DNA of 64,000 nt from Octopus sinensis (lineage: Eukaryota), in the NCBI RefSeq assembly GCF_006345805.1, contig NC_043007.1, positions 20,584,001 to 20,648,000 of the forward strand, written 5' to 3'. Position numbers and translations under genes: made by a program. Each line of letters starts with the position of its first letter. Position 1 is the first letter of the stretch. Positions 1 to 13,832 of the stretch are shown here, in pieces. The notes below the pieces were generated by a model. It did not search any database. It was not told the origin of the DNA and worked only from the letters and a program-made list of their open reading frames with translations.

Positions 1-44
<44 letters not shown>

Positions 45-635
45 GTGGGAAGAAGGAAGCGAGCGTGTCAATGTTATGAAAGGAAAGTTATAAAGAAAAT
101 TAAAGGAAATTAATTTATGAAGATATTCAATGCACAAAAAATAAACAAAATAAAATGGAACTTGCACTATTAACTCTTCATAATTACTGGCATATTTTTA
201 AAAATATATAATGCTTGATATTATGTAACGATGTAAAAATTTAGTGCATTTGTTTTCAAACAAACTGGTTAATATATTAAATATATATTGACCTGTGTCA
301 GTCATGCAACAAAAAAGTTTGTCTTCATTGAATAAAATCTGTGAAGGCAGTTTATTTTTTAGGTGAAGACAGTTTATTTTAAGTTTCAAATGCCTTTGGA
401 AAGGGCATGAACAATGCAAATTCCCAATTTCTCTCTCTCAAAAAAAAATAATAATAACAAAAAAATGAAATAAATGGTATTTTGTACGTGCTTTGTCAAC
501 AGAAAGGTATATTAGAGTATACTGAAATTGATCTTTAAATTATTTACTGTTATACAGTAAATAATTTAATTCAATAATAATTTTTTTATATGTGAAATAA
601 TTCTGTAAAAACAGCTGATATATGTGAATAGATAG

Positions 636-740
636 ATTTTTCTGGGCAATTGTTTTCATTTTTGGGAATTACTAGAAAGAGGTATCGCTTGATTGTTATC
701 GGTATAAGTGTAGGAGTTTCTACTTGCTTATTGGCCTTAG
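636..740 (+). CDS. Candidate internal coding exon (basic cluster followed by a hydrophobic segment)
   Basis: Open frame xFSGQLFSFLGITRKRYRLIVIGISVGVSTCLLAL ends at a good donor, TAG|GTACGT (741). The acceptor (gatag) has no pyrimidine tract and I recognise no homologue. Confidence 0.2.
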
Positions 741-1729
741 GTACGTTAATAAATCTTCATAAACATTCATACATTTTCATGTCATTAGCTGCTAAATTTT
801 CTAAGTGGAGTCTACAACAAGATAAAACTAAAAAAACAAAAAAAAAAACCCCAAAAAATAGAAGGAAGCTGTTTTTCCTCATTTGCACAAATGAGCTGTA
901 AAAAAAGAAAAAAAAAACTCATCCAAATCCTAAACATTCAAAATTACTCAATAACACACTATAAGCAGACCTGAGGTACATTTGACATTTCTGTATTATG
1001 AAACATGTGACAACAGCGATTCATTTTCAATCACTCATGTAATCAATTGATTGGAAAAGCATTATATTGATCACCAAAAATAACAATAGCTAATATTGAA
1101 CTTACAAGTGCATAGACAAATATTTCCAATTTTTATTGTTTCTAGTTTAATAAAGAAGCGTTTTTTTTTTGAAAAATGGTATTTTCAATTTGTTGATTTC
1201 CCGTCATATTCGTCTCACCATTGCTGTTATCTCCTTCTGCTTATGTTGCTTGCTGTGGTTGCTATTACTACTACTACTGCAGCTACTGCCACCGCTGCTG
1301 CTGCTGCTCCTGCTGCTGCTGCAGGTGGTGATGTTGTTAATAATGATGACGACAATGATGGCTGGTATTGATTGAATGTAGTGCTGACCTATTTCATAAA
1401 GGTTTTTTTTTCTAATAAGGAGAATGAAATATTATTCTAAGAAAGGAATAAAAGGAGGGCAACGTTCTGAAGCATTGTTGAAAAAGAAAAACGAAAAAGG
1501 AGAGAGAAAAAAGAAAAAAGGGAGAAAAAAAAGAGAAAAAAATAGGAAGAAAAAACAGAAGAAAAAAAGAAATAAACAGAAAGAAAAAAGAAGGAAAAGA
1601 AAAAAAAACACAGCAAGTAGGAAAAGAAAAGCCACAACAAAAAAAGACAAAAAAAAATAATAATAACAGAAAAAACTTAAAGCTAATATTTGAGGAGGAA
1701 AGGAAAATTTTGACTAATGCAATAATTAA

Positions 1730-1734
<5 letters not shown>

Positions 1735-1789
<55 letters not shown>

Positions 1790-1819
1790 GATAATAATAA
1801 TAATAATAATAATAATAAT

Positions 1820-1863
<44 letters not shown>

Positions 1864-1877
1864 GAATAGTAATGAGG

Positions 1878-1944
<67 letters not shown>

Positions 1945-2251
1945 TAATAATAATAATGATAATAATAATAATAATGGTTTCATTTATTTGCCACCAGGCC
2001 AAGGATGAGGAGGACAATATAAAGCAGATATAAAGTGTAAGGTCTTACATATGAAATGATAAAATAAATAAATAAATAGATAAAGAGTAAGTATACATGG
2101 CATGCAATGAAAAAGAAGGGAAATGATAGCGATGTAGCCCTCCTGATACGGATGACCTCTAGGGATAACTGAGGAATCTCACTGTCCAAGACCTCCCTGA
2201 ACACCATGGGCAAGTGGCCCTCTCTGATTTCCTTTCTCCGACGCATAGCTC

Positions 2252-2287
<36 letters not shown>

Positions 2288-2396
2288 TAATAATAATAAT
2301 GATGATAATAATGATAATAATAATGATGATAATAATAATGATGATGATGATGATGATGATAATAAAATATAACAATAAATAATAATAATAATAATA

Positions 2397-2437
<41 letters not shown>

Positions 2438-2465
2438 TAATAAGATAATGAGGATAATGATAATA

Positions 2466-2501
<36 letters not shown>

Positions 2502-2551
2502 TAATAATAATAATAATAATAAACATTATAATAATAATAATAATAATGAGG

Positions 2552-2604
<53 letters not shown>

Positions 2605-2770
2605 GAGGATAATAATAATAATAAAATAATAATAAAATAATAATAATGATAATAATAATAATACATTAATAATAATAATAATGATAATAATAATAATAAA
2701 AATAACAATTATAATAATAATAATAATAATAATAATGAGGATGATGATAATAGTAATAATGGTAATTATA
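1735..2770. repeat. Long interrupted (TAA)n microsatellite tract
   Basis: Directly visible TAA/TGA arrays at about 1735-1975 and 2252-2770. They produce the poly-I and poly-L ORFs. Confidence 0.95.
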
Positions 2771-3200
2771 ATAATAATGAAAGATGGCTAAGGAACAATA
2801 AAGGATTTCCATAAAATAATGGAAAGAATGTCAAAATTAAAGAAAGTAAAGCAAATCTCAGAATATGTGGAATAAAATTATTGGAGACAAGGATTAAGAG
2901 TGAAAGAGAAAATTAATCAAGACACAAATGAATTCATTGATTGATTATCAAATTATGCCAGATCTACATAATTGCTCCCCCAAATTCATCATAATGGTAG
3001 AAATTATTTCATCAGACTAAATTTTTCAAAAACATAGTTTATATAAATATATATACACTCATACATACATACATACATACATATTTATAAATATATGCAC
3101 ACGCACACACACACACCACACATGCACACACATGTAGACATACATATATGTATGTATGTATGTATGTATGTAGTATATATGTATATATGTATATATATAT

Positions 3201-3243
<43 letters not shown>

Positions 3244-3329
3244 ATGTATTTAAACAGCAACAACAAGAGCAAAAGTCTTTTTGAACACAAAAATTATTTA
3301 ACTTACAAACACATTTTCCCATAGCTTTT

Positions 3330-3374
<45 letters not shown>

Positions 3375-3489
3375 ACACACAAACACGTACACACACACAT
3401 ATATACTACATATGCATACATATATATACACATTATCTATCTATCTATCTATCTCCCTATTTCTTTTTCTCATTCATTCTGTCTTTCTC

Positions 3490-3659
3490 TCCGTCTCTCA
3501 CTTTCTCTCTCCTCTCTCTCCCTGTGTGTTTTTCTCTCTATCTCCACATCTATCTATCCATCCATCCATCCATCCATCCATCCATCCATCCATCCATCCA
3601 TCCATCCATCCATCCATCCATCCATCCATCCATCCATCCATCCATCCATCCATCCATCC

Positions 3660-3715
<56 letters not shown>

Positions 3716-3770
3716 GTATATGTGTGTGTATGTATGTATGTGTGTTTGTGTGTGTGTGTATAAATATATA
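3490..3770. repeat. Compound (CT)/(ATCC)n/(ATCT)n/(GT) microsatellite
   Basis: Directly visible. Confidence 0.95.
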
Positions 3771-4099
3771 TTCGGAGACGTGTTCTTTGCACTTTTCCTC
3801 TTCTTTGTAACAAAGTTAGCTTTCCCTCTTCATCCTCCATTCTATGAGCAGTCAATATCTGTCTCCTCATCTCCATCATTACTACTATCGAACTAGCTCT
3901 ACTGCAGCAGTGGTAGTAACAGCAGCAGCAGCAGTAGTAGTAGTAACAACAGCAGCAGCAGCATCAACAGCAGCAGCAGAGGAAGCTGTCAAACATATAC
4001 TTAATACTTACACGGGTGTCGGATAGTGCTTTCAGCACATATGTGCACTACACATGCGAGCTAATACATATGCACATGCACACATACAAACACACACAG

Positions 4100-4324
4100 A
4101 CCACACACATACTAGCATGCACATACACGCACAGGCGTGCTGCACACAAATGCACTTTCTCGCAATCGCATAAACACCTCGGATAAACGAGGAAACAGCA
4201 GCAGTCGATCCGCCACACCGTCAGCAGCAGCGGCTGCAAGCGGCGGCGGCTGCAGCAGCAGCAAAAACAAGCAGCAACAGTGGTAGCGGCATCAGCAGCA
4301 GCAGGTGAAGTACCACCTACACCT

Positions 4325-4356
<32 letters not shown>

Positions 4357-4460
4357 GACAACAACAACTGGTAGCTGCAAGTAGCCAGGAGCAGGTGGGC
4401 ACCAGTAAAAATTTAATCAGCGATTATGTTGAGTGCTACCTGATGAGGCCAACCAATTCT
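4100..4460. promoter_or_regulatory. CpG-rich, CAG/CAA-rich patch; possible promoter or 5' exon region
   Basis: About 14 CpG in about 170 bp (4125-4295) against a CpG-poor background. It matches no other repeat in the window. Strong donors point away from it on both strands (minus GTAAGT at 4011-4006; plus GAG|GTAAGT at 5328). Confidence 0.35.
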
Positions 4461-4508
4461 GCTGTTCCGTACACACACACACAGACACACGCACACACAC
4501 ACACACAT

Positions 4509-4548
<40 letters not shown>

Positions 4549-4667
4549 GCACACGAAGGAACACGGAGGCGACCAACCTTTACTTGAAAGCAACCGTGTA
4601 GCTTGGATGCTTTAATTTGTTTAATTTTTCCTCATCAGGAGCATTAGGTGCTGCTGCTGCTGCTTTG

Positions 4668-4695
4668 ACTACTACTACTACTACTACCACCACTA

Positions 4696-4786
<91 letters not shown>

Positions 4787-4811
4787 CACCACTACTACTA
4801 CTACTACCACC

Positions 4812-4855
<44 letters not shown>

Positions 4856-4867
4856 CACCACCACCAC

Positions 4868-4910
<43 letters not shown>

Positions 4911-4956
4911 CACCACCGCCACCACCACTACCACTACTACACCACCACCACTACCA

Positions 4957-4995
<39 letters not shown>

Positions 4996-5020
4996 ACTAC
5001 CACCACCACCACCGCCACCG

Positions 5021-5066
<46 letters not shown>

Positions 5067-5165
5067 CACCACCACCACCGCCACCACCACCGCCACCACC
5101 ACCGCCACCACCACTACTACTGCTACTGCTACTGCTACTATTGCTGCTGCTGCTGCTGCTGCTAC
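4668..5165. repeat. Compound (ACT)n/(ACC)n/(GCT)n trinucleotide tract
   Basis: Directly visible. It produces the poly-T/Y/H/V ORFs. Confidence 0.95.
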
Positions 5166-5255
5166 TTCTGTTACTTCAAGTCAAAGTGAAATTGCATTAT
5201 AGAGGATGGGAAGATAGATTTGTTTTTTTCCTTCTTGTTTTCTCTTTTTTTAAAG

Positions 5256-5327
5256 AGCAAAATTCCATGTTTTAATTTCCTTTTATACAATGGAATATAC
5301 CAAAGAAAGCTGTTGATAAATAGCGAG
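5256..5327 (+). other. Candidate spliced exon (72 nt, coding or UTR)
   Basis: Long pyrimidine tract ending in AAG before 5256 and a consensus donor GAG|GTAAGT at 5328. The phase-0 frame SKIPCFNFLLYNGIYQRKLLINSE is open. No homologue recognised. Confidence 0.35.
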
Positions 5328-5967
5328 GTAAGTGGCTGTTTTTTCTTCTTCTTCTTCTTATTTTCTCTTACATCTTTCGTTTCTACATAGGCTTTCCTCT
5401 TTCCTTTTTTCCTTCCTTCCTTCCTTCTTTTCTTTCTTCCTTTTCTCTCTTCCCTTCTTCCTTTCTGTGTGTCTTTTTTTATTATTATATTTTCACTTCG
5501 ACGTTTATTACGATTTTTAACGTTACTGTTATCATCATCCTCATCATCCTCATCATCCTCATCATCCTCATCATCCTCATCATCCTCATCATCCTCATCA
5601 TCATCATTATCATTTTGATATTTTTCCTCCTCCCCCAACATTATCATCGTCTCTTTCATCGCCGTCGTTATCTCTGCTGCATCACTTTTTTTCGGGGGGG
5701 TGGATTAAGAATATAATTCATTGATTCAGAAAACTGTGTATAACGAAGTAGCTTATTATTTCTTAAATTAAAAAGATTTATAATGCTGCCTGTACTGCAG
5801 TGCTATATACATCCATATACATACATACATCCATACATACAAAGATACATATATATATAATATATAATATATAATATATAATATATTATAATGTATAACT
5901 CACACACACATACATATATACATAGACACAGACACATAAAACATATATATACATATATATATGTATA

Positions 5968-6315
5968 TATTGGAAGGTTTGGAGATGATGTACAGGTATT
6001 ATATATTAGAAGAAATGAGGTACTCAGAAGATCGGATGGTTTGTATTTACAGATATTTATTTATATATTACATTTTTTATATATATATCATATCACTTAG
6101 ATCATTAGCGCTTTCTCCCATTCTAGTGGGGTTTTCAAATCTAGTGGGGTTTTCAAATCAAACTCAAATCAAAAGTTTGATTTGAAAACCCCACTAGAAT
6201 GGGAGAAAGCGCTAATGATCTAAGTGATATGATATATATATAAAAAATGTAATATATAAATATCTGTAAATACAAACCATCCGATCTTCTGAGTACCTCA
6301 TTTCTTCTAATATAT
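5968..6315. mobile_element. Fold-back repeat fragment (probable PLE-type), (TA)n-flanked
   Basis: Arms at about 6001-6164 and 6174-6315 are near-perfect reverse complements around a 9-nt loop. An un-inverted homologue lies at about 50892-51040. Confidence 0.6.
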
Positions 6316-7008
6316 TTATATATATATATATATACACACACATACATAGATACATACATATACACCTACACATACCTGCACACACACTCTAAAACAATGT
6401 ATTAATTATGATATGACTCCAATAAGCTGTGTGTGTATTGCAGGAATAAATTTGTAAGTATAAAATGAATGAAAAGATAAATTACTATTTTAGCAAATAT
6501 GAAAATGGGAATGTTAAATTGTAAAACATCGATGAATAAATAATGAATGCAACCACATAAAATCAATTATATATAGTTGCCTTTCAGTAATTTTTCATGG
6601 TTGGAAGGGCAGTGAGTGATTCAAAAGGTATGCCAATGTTATCAAATGTCTTTTTGTGTGGATGTGCTGTTAGAACAAACAGCTCTGTTTCTTTTATGAG
6701 TTCAATTCTTGTGGAGGTAAAAACTCTACCTTTTTTTTCCATTTGCATTTTGTTTTTTTTCGTTTTTTTTTTGCTTTTTGTTTCGAGAAAAAAGGCAAAA
6801 TAAGCACCAGTCTAACATCGGTTTCGACTGTATATATCAACTAAATACCCTTTCCCCTCCCACAAGACGGTGTGACATTGAGCCTAAGTTAAAGATCATT
6901 ATATGATTATAATTTGGTAGGTTTGACAGGAGGTCTCAAGCAGTTTGAAAGATTTCTTATACACAAACACACACACACACACACATACTTACATAGATAT
7001 AACATTCA

Positions 7009-7040
<32 letters not shown>

Positions 7041-7429
7041 ATATATATATATATATGAATAGAATATGTATATGTATAAATGTATATATATATGTGTGTG
7101 TGTATATGCATTTATGTATGTGTGTGTGTATTATTTATATATATATATATATGTGTGTGTGTGTATATATATATATACACACACACATATATATACACAT
7201 ACATATATGTGTATGTATATATATGTATATGTATATATTATTTATTTATTATTATAATTGAACGCGAGGCATCCATTCCCAAGTAAGTTTATATATATAT
7301 ATATGCATACATGCATATTTATATATATGAAATATATGAATCTATACACACACACACACATACAAAACAAACCAATATATAAGGCTTCAAGTACAAATAT
7401 TAGCATTATGATTGAGATATTCTCTCTTC

Positions 7430-8060
<631 letters not shown>

Positions 8061-8567
8061 AATTTCTTTCTTGTTTCCTTGTCCATCTATCTTTATTTCT
8101 CCCTCTCTGCCTCTTTATGTCTCTCTCTCTCGTGTTGCCATTATTACCTACATCAATCAGTATCCTTGAATAAATTGAGTCTCTGAAGAAAGAAGAGTCA
8201 TTTCACTGACAAAAAAAAAATAACAACAAAAAACAAAAACAAGGACAATCCACTGGTAACCAATGAAACACACCATAAAAACATCAAACTGTAATTAGAT
8301 ATGTAAGCCATTATTAAACTTAATATTCATGTGAACTCAGATGAAAGGTGTGAAAATAAAATAAATGAATAATAAAATGTGAAAAAAATATCTTTAAACA
8401 AACTCTTTTTTTTTTAATGATATTTCTCATAAGCAAAATTTAAAAAATATAATTCGTTTTTTTTTTTTCAATTAGCCAGAAAAAAAAATAAAAGCATGTT
8501 TCATATTTCATATTATATATGGAAGCAAAGTCTGATATAATTATGCCTGTCTTTCTATCTCTCTCTG

Positions 8568-8626
<59 letters not shown>

Positions 8627-8638
8627 TGTATGTATATT

Positions 8639-8674
<36 letters not shown>

Positions 8675-8686
8675 CATGTATGTATA

Positions 8687-8724
<38 letters not shown>

Positions 8725-8725
8725 C

Positions 8726-8900
8726 TTTATTTAAAGCAGCAGAAAATTCAACAAAACCTGTTACTCTGAGTTTCCCGTTGCCGGGAGTTACAGGTTTTGT
8801 TGAATTTTCTGCTGCTTTAAATAAAGCATATTACTCTACCACTGGTATTTGAGTACTCTTTTTCCCACCTTGTTTCACATTTATGTGTTTACTCCGGTAT
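8726..8900. mobile_element. PLE-like fragment with inverted arm and 5'-truncated hammerhead
   Basis: Arms at 8726-8766 and 8785-8826. Minus strand 8784-8757 reads CCG-GCAA-CGG GAAAC TCAGA GTA ACAGG (helix II, GAAAC, GUA site). A homologous copy lies at about 39293-39410. Confidence 0.6.
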
Positions 8901-9412
8901 ATATATATATATATATATACATACACGCACTCATATATAATCAATCCCCACCAAAAAGGACAAAAAATAAAACAAGAAAAAAACAACAATGCGAGGACGT
9001 GGTACATGCAAAATTTTAAAAGACACTGAGGGAAGGAAAGAAAGGGTGTTTTGTGCATGCAAGCCAGCAGGGCTCACTCTGAGCACTCTAATTTTTCCAC
9101 AGTGAATGTACGTATATATCCATCTAACCCATGCCAGCATGGAAAGTGGACGTTAAATGATGATATATATATATATCTATGTATACGTATGTATGTATGT
9201 ATGTATGTATGTATGTATGTATGCATGTATGTATGTATGTATGCACGTATGTATGCATGTATGTATGTATGATGTGTATGTGTATCTATTTATCATACAC
9301 TATCTTATGATATCCATTTATAATTCTAGCAGTTTGCTTGTCTGTATGAATGTATGTCTGCCTCTGCCTCTGTCTCTATTTGTCTGTCTGTCTGTCTGTC
9401 TGTCTGTGTGTC

Positions 9413-9453
<41 letters not shown>

Positions 9454-9477
9454 CCCATATATGCATCTGTGTACATG

Positions 9478-9516
<39 letters not shown>

Positions 9517-9531
9517 ATATATATATATATA

Positions 9532-9564
<33 letters not shown>

Positions 9565-9808
9565 ATATCTATATATATATATATATAGATATATAACAAA
9601 ATTAGAGAATGGAGAAACATTGGATATATATTATCCCATGTGGGTTGAATTTTCAACCCCTATCTCATTTTATATATATATATATATACATATATATGTA
9701 TATATGTATATATGCATATTTATATAGGTATGTATGTAAATATATATTCCTAGATATTTATATGCATGCATACAGGTACACACACACACACACACACATA
9801 TATATATG

Positions 9809-9839
<31 letters not shown>

Positions 9840-10018
9840 GTGTGTATGTGTATGTATTGTGTGGGTGTGTGTACATATATACATATACACACACAAACAC
9901 ACACATGTATAAGTGTAATACTTTCTCTTTCTCTCTCTCTCTCTGTGTATATATGTATGTATATGTATATATATATATTATATATATATATATACACAAC
10001 ACACACAATATATATACA

Positions 10019-10103
<85 letters not shown>

Positions 10104-10126
10104 GATAGATAGATAGATAGATAGGT

Positions 10127-10178
<52 letters not shown>

Positions 10179-10362
10179 CCACACATGCATGTGTGCATAT
10201 ATGCTTGTGCAAGTGCATTTCGTTGAGTGTGCCGCTGCACATTATCTACCTAAGTAGCTATTTATCTCACTACCTCTCTTATTCATGCTAAACAACCCTT
10301 GTTTGCATTTGTGTGACTGCATGCGCTTACACAACGGATGCTAAATGATGATGATGATGATA

Positions 10363-10401
<39 letters not shown>

Positions 10402-10459
10402 GTATTTATGTATGTATGTGTGTGTGTGCATGTGTGTTTATGTATGTATGTAAGTATGT

Positions 10460-10494
<35 letters not shown>

Positions 10495-10639
10495 TGTTTA
10501 ACGTCCGCTTTCCATGCTAGCCTTGGTTGGACGATTTGACCAAGGTCTGGCGAACCAGATGGCTGCACCAGGCTCCAATCTGATCTGGCAGAGTTTCTAC
10601 AGCTGAATGCCCTTCCTAACGCCAACCACTAGAGAGTAT

Positions 10640-10697
<58 letters not shown>

Positions 10698-10821
10698 ATC
10701 ACGTGACCGACCAGACCATCAGATGTTGTTACACATTGCTGGTCACAATGCGTTTGCATTGTTTTAGCCTTTGAATGACGCTACCCGCTGCTAAGCAAGC
10801 AGCCAATATATATATAATATA

Positions 10822-10895
<74 letters not shown>

Positions 10896-11167
10896 CTCTC
10901 TGTCTCCCTCCACTCATATACACACCTTATAAACAGTAACTCCTTGTACCTAAAACTTAGACTCTACATGGTGACCTCACCAATGCTGGTGCCACAAAAA
11001 AAGCACCTAGTACACTCTGTCAAGTGGTTGGTGTTAGGAAAGGCATACAGTTATAAAACCATGCCAAAGCATATCTATCTGTCTGTCTGCCTGTCTGTCT
11101 GTCAGTCTATCTATCTATTTAATTTTCTTTCTTTTTCTGTCTGCCTGCCTGTCTTTCTATCTATCTA

Positions 11168-11198
<31 letters not shown>

Positions 11199-11354
11199 TT
11201 CTGTATTTCCTTCTTTTTTTTTTCTTCTCTCCTTCTTCCCCCAAAGAAAAGCTCTGCTTTGTATTTTGTCCCTTCTGTGTTCAGCCTTGCATGGCCAATA
11301 AAGAAACATATCTATCTGTCTGTCTGTCTATCTGTCTGTCTGTCTGTCTGTCTA

Positions 11355-11397
<43 letters not shown>

Positions 11398-11819
11398 ACG
11401 TGCATGTTTGTACACACATGCATATATTAACGATGCATACCACCTTTAAAAGCTAATTCATCAGATTTAATAGCATTTAATTCCTTCGTCTTACATTTTG
11501 CTAAAATATTTGCTTGCTACCTTAATAACAACAGCAACAACAAAACCAGCACCAGCACCACTGATAACAACAAACCCTTCTAATGTAGGCACAAGGTCTT
11601 AACTACTGGGTGTGGGGAATAGTCAATTGCATGAACTCTGGTGTTACAAAGGTTCTTATTTTATTGACCCCTGTCCCCAAAAGGGCAAATGGCAAAGTCA
11701 ACCTAGGAGGATTTGTAACTAGGAACATAGGAACATAAAGATGGAACAAATGCCATGGAGCAATTTGTTTGACGTGTGAACAATTCTGCCAGCTTGCTAC
11801 CTTTGAAGTAATGATGATG

Positions 11820-11865
<46 letters not shown>

Positions 11866-11889
11866 TAATAATAATAATAATAATATAGC

Positions 11890-12193
11890 AAAAGGGGCTG
11901 ATTGCTACCTAACTCAGATACCAGGAAACCCCAAAATGGCAGAAATTCAAAAGATAGTGCTCATGGGAACTGCTCATATCCTACACAAAATACTTTCTTT
12001 GTAGTCTCAAGTTTTAAAACAAACATAATTTTCTTATGGTTTCTTAAACATTCTCTTGAACAATACTATGTACAAAGCCAAATATATGACACCCTAGACA
12101 TAACACCAACATGAACTTCCAACTTGTTGTTTCTTGAGGTCTCTGGGTGAGACTTGGAGCCAACTTGTACAAATGTAAAGCAAGTCAAACATA

Positions 12194-12195
<2 letters not shown>
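11890..12195 (+). mobile_element. R4/Dong-like non-LTR retrotransposon, 3' end (family 2)
   Basis: Encodes ...IPGNPKMAEIQKIVLMGTAHILHKILSL*, the R4/Dong C-terminal LQKxxLxGTAxIL motif. Flanked by (TAA)n. A second 3'-UTR copy lies at about 12235-12450. Confidence 0.75.
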
Positions 12196-12232
<37 letters not shown>

Positions 12233-12491
12233 TCCTATGCAAAATACTTTCTATGTAATCTCAAGTTTTAAAACAAACATAATTTTCATATGGTTTTTTT
12301 TAGGCATTCACTAGTACAACACTATGTACAAAACCAAATATATGACACCCTAGGCATAACACCAACATGAACTTCCAACTTGTTGTCTCTTGAGGTCTCT
12401 GGGTGAGACTTGAAGCCAACTTGTGCAAATGTAAAGCAAAAGTCAAACATAATAATAATAATAATAATAATGATAACAACAACAACAACAC

Positions 12492-12544
<53 letters not shown>

Positions 12545-12545
<1 letters not shown>

Positions 12546-13105
12546 GATGCCCAGATGCAGTACCAGACAGTGGCTCTCATGGCTTGTGATCTTAACTGAT
12601 TGGAAGTGTTATCATATACATTGTTTTGTCTTGGCATAAAGGATGGGCTACAACAAATATTCTGCTCAATACCACAGATTTGCTTGTCAGTTGTTTGACC
12701 TTAACCAGTTGACCATGTGACCATGTCCCTTAGGGGCTGACGATATGTGCATCTCTGATCACGAGCAGAAGTAGTGGGGAGCATCATAGCCGTATGAGGT
12801 TTGGTTAATTCACCTTTGGAAACATGGGTGTTTTGTTCAACATCCTTAAACAACCCTTATTCAAGGACCTTTTGAGCAGGATGGGTTACTCGACCAGAAG
12901 AAAATTCTAACTGGGCCCCACCTGCAAGGTCATGCACTGTTTATCTTGATATGAGATCACCATGTTGCGCACATATGGTTGTGATGCATGTGCCTGGTGT
13001 ACCCTTATCAGATGGGTAGTCATGATGGGTATACTGGGCTTTGTATATTTTACCCCAGTGTCACTTTGATGGCATGCACAGCTCTCTCACTCACTCAATG
13101 ATAAA
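12545..13105 (+). mobile_element. Unclassified ~560-bp non-coding element embedded in (TAA)n
   Basis: Complex sequence with TAA arrays on both sides, no coding signature and no tRNA A/B box that I could see. Confidence 0.4.
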
Positions 13106-13133
13106 AAATAATAATAATAATAATAATAATAAT

Positions 13134-13630
13134 ACATTGGAAAAGGTAATGGAGAAAAAAGGGAAGGCAAAAATTCTTTGGGACTTTGATTTCCAGACAG
13201 ACAAGGTGTTAGAGCACCGAAGGCCAGATATAGTAACCTTTAAGAGGGACAAACAAGAGAGCCTAATAATCGAGGGAGCAGTGCTAGGAGATCAAGATAT
13301 CATCATGAAAGAAAGAGAGAAGGTTGATAAATATGGAGACCTGAGAATTGAGATTGCCAAGATGTGGCAGCTGCAAGAGTCAAGCATAAAGGTTGTTCCT
13401 ATTGTTATCGGAGCATTGGGTTCAATACCACCCAATCTGAAAAAAAACATCTGAAAACTTTAAAAGTACCCTACGATCTAGATGTATTGCAAAAGTCAGC
13501 ATTACTCGGAACTGCATGCATATTGCATAAAGTACTGTCTGCCTGAGGTCCTTGTTGTGACTTGACAAACAGTACAAACTCAATATCTACAGTCAACAAC
13601 CTCACGATTTTATACACTGTGTAACGTCTA
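13134..13630 (+). mobile_element. R4/Dong-like LINE, 5'-truncated restriction-like endonuclease region (family 1)
   Basis: KILWDFDFQTD..EHRRPDIV...EKVDKYGDLRIEIAKMW...VVPIVIGALG, then after a frameshift LQKSALLGTACILHKVL. This is a PD-(D/E)xK-type endonuclease. It starts right after (AAT)n and ends in a (TAA)n tail. Confidence 0.9.
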
Positions 13631-13646
13631 TAATAAAAATAATAAA

Positions 13647-13697
<51 letters not shown>

Positions 13698-13832
13698 TAT
13701 ATTTCTTTACTACCCACAAGGGGCTAAACACAGAGGGGACAAACAAGAACAGACAAAGGGATTAAGTCGATTATATCGACTCCAGTGTGAAACTGGTATT
13801 TTACTTATTGACCCCGAAAGGATGAAAGGCAA

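Noticed and set aside
4440-4460. CTGATGAG as a hammerhead core
   Set aside because: No helix II and no downstream GAAA.
4305-4601. Poly-Q ORF as a transcription-factor exon
   Set aside because: It starts at GTG, runs into (CA)n and has no recognisable domain or clean splice boundaries. Kept only as part of the CpG-rich patch.
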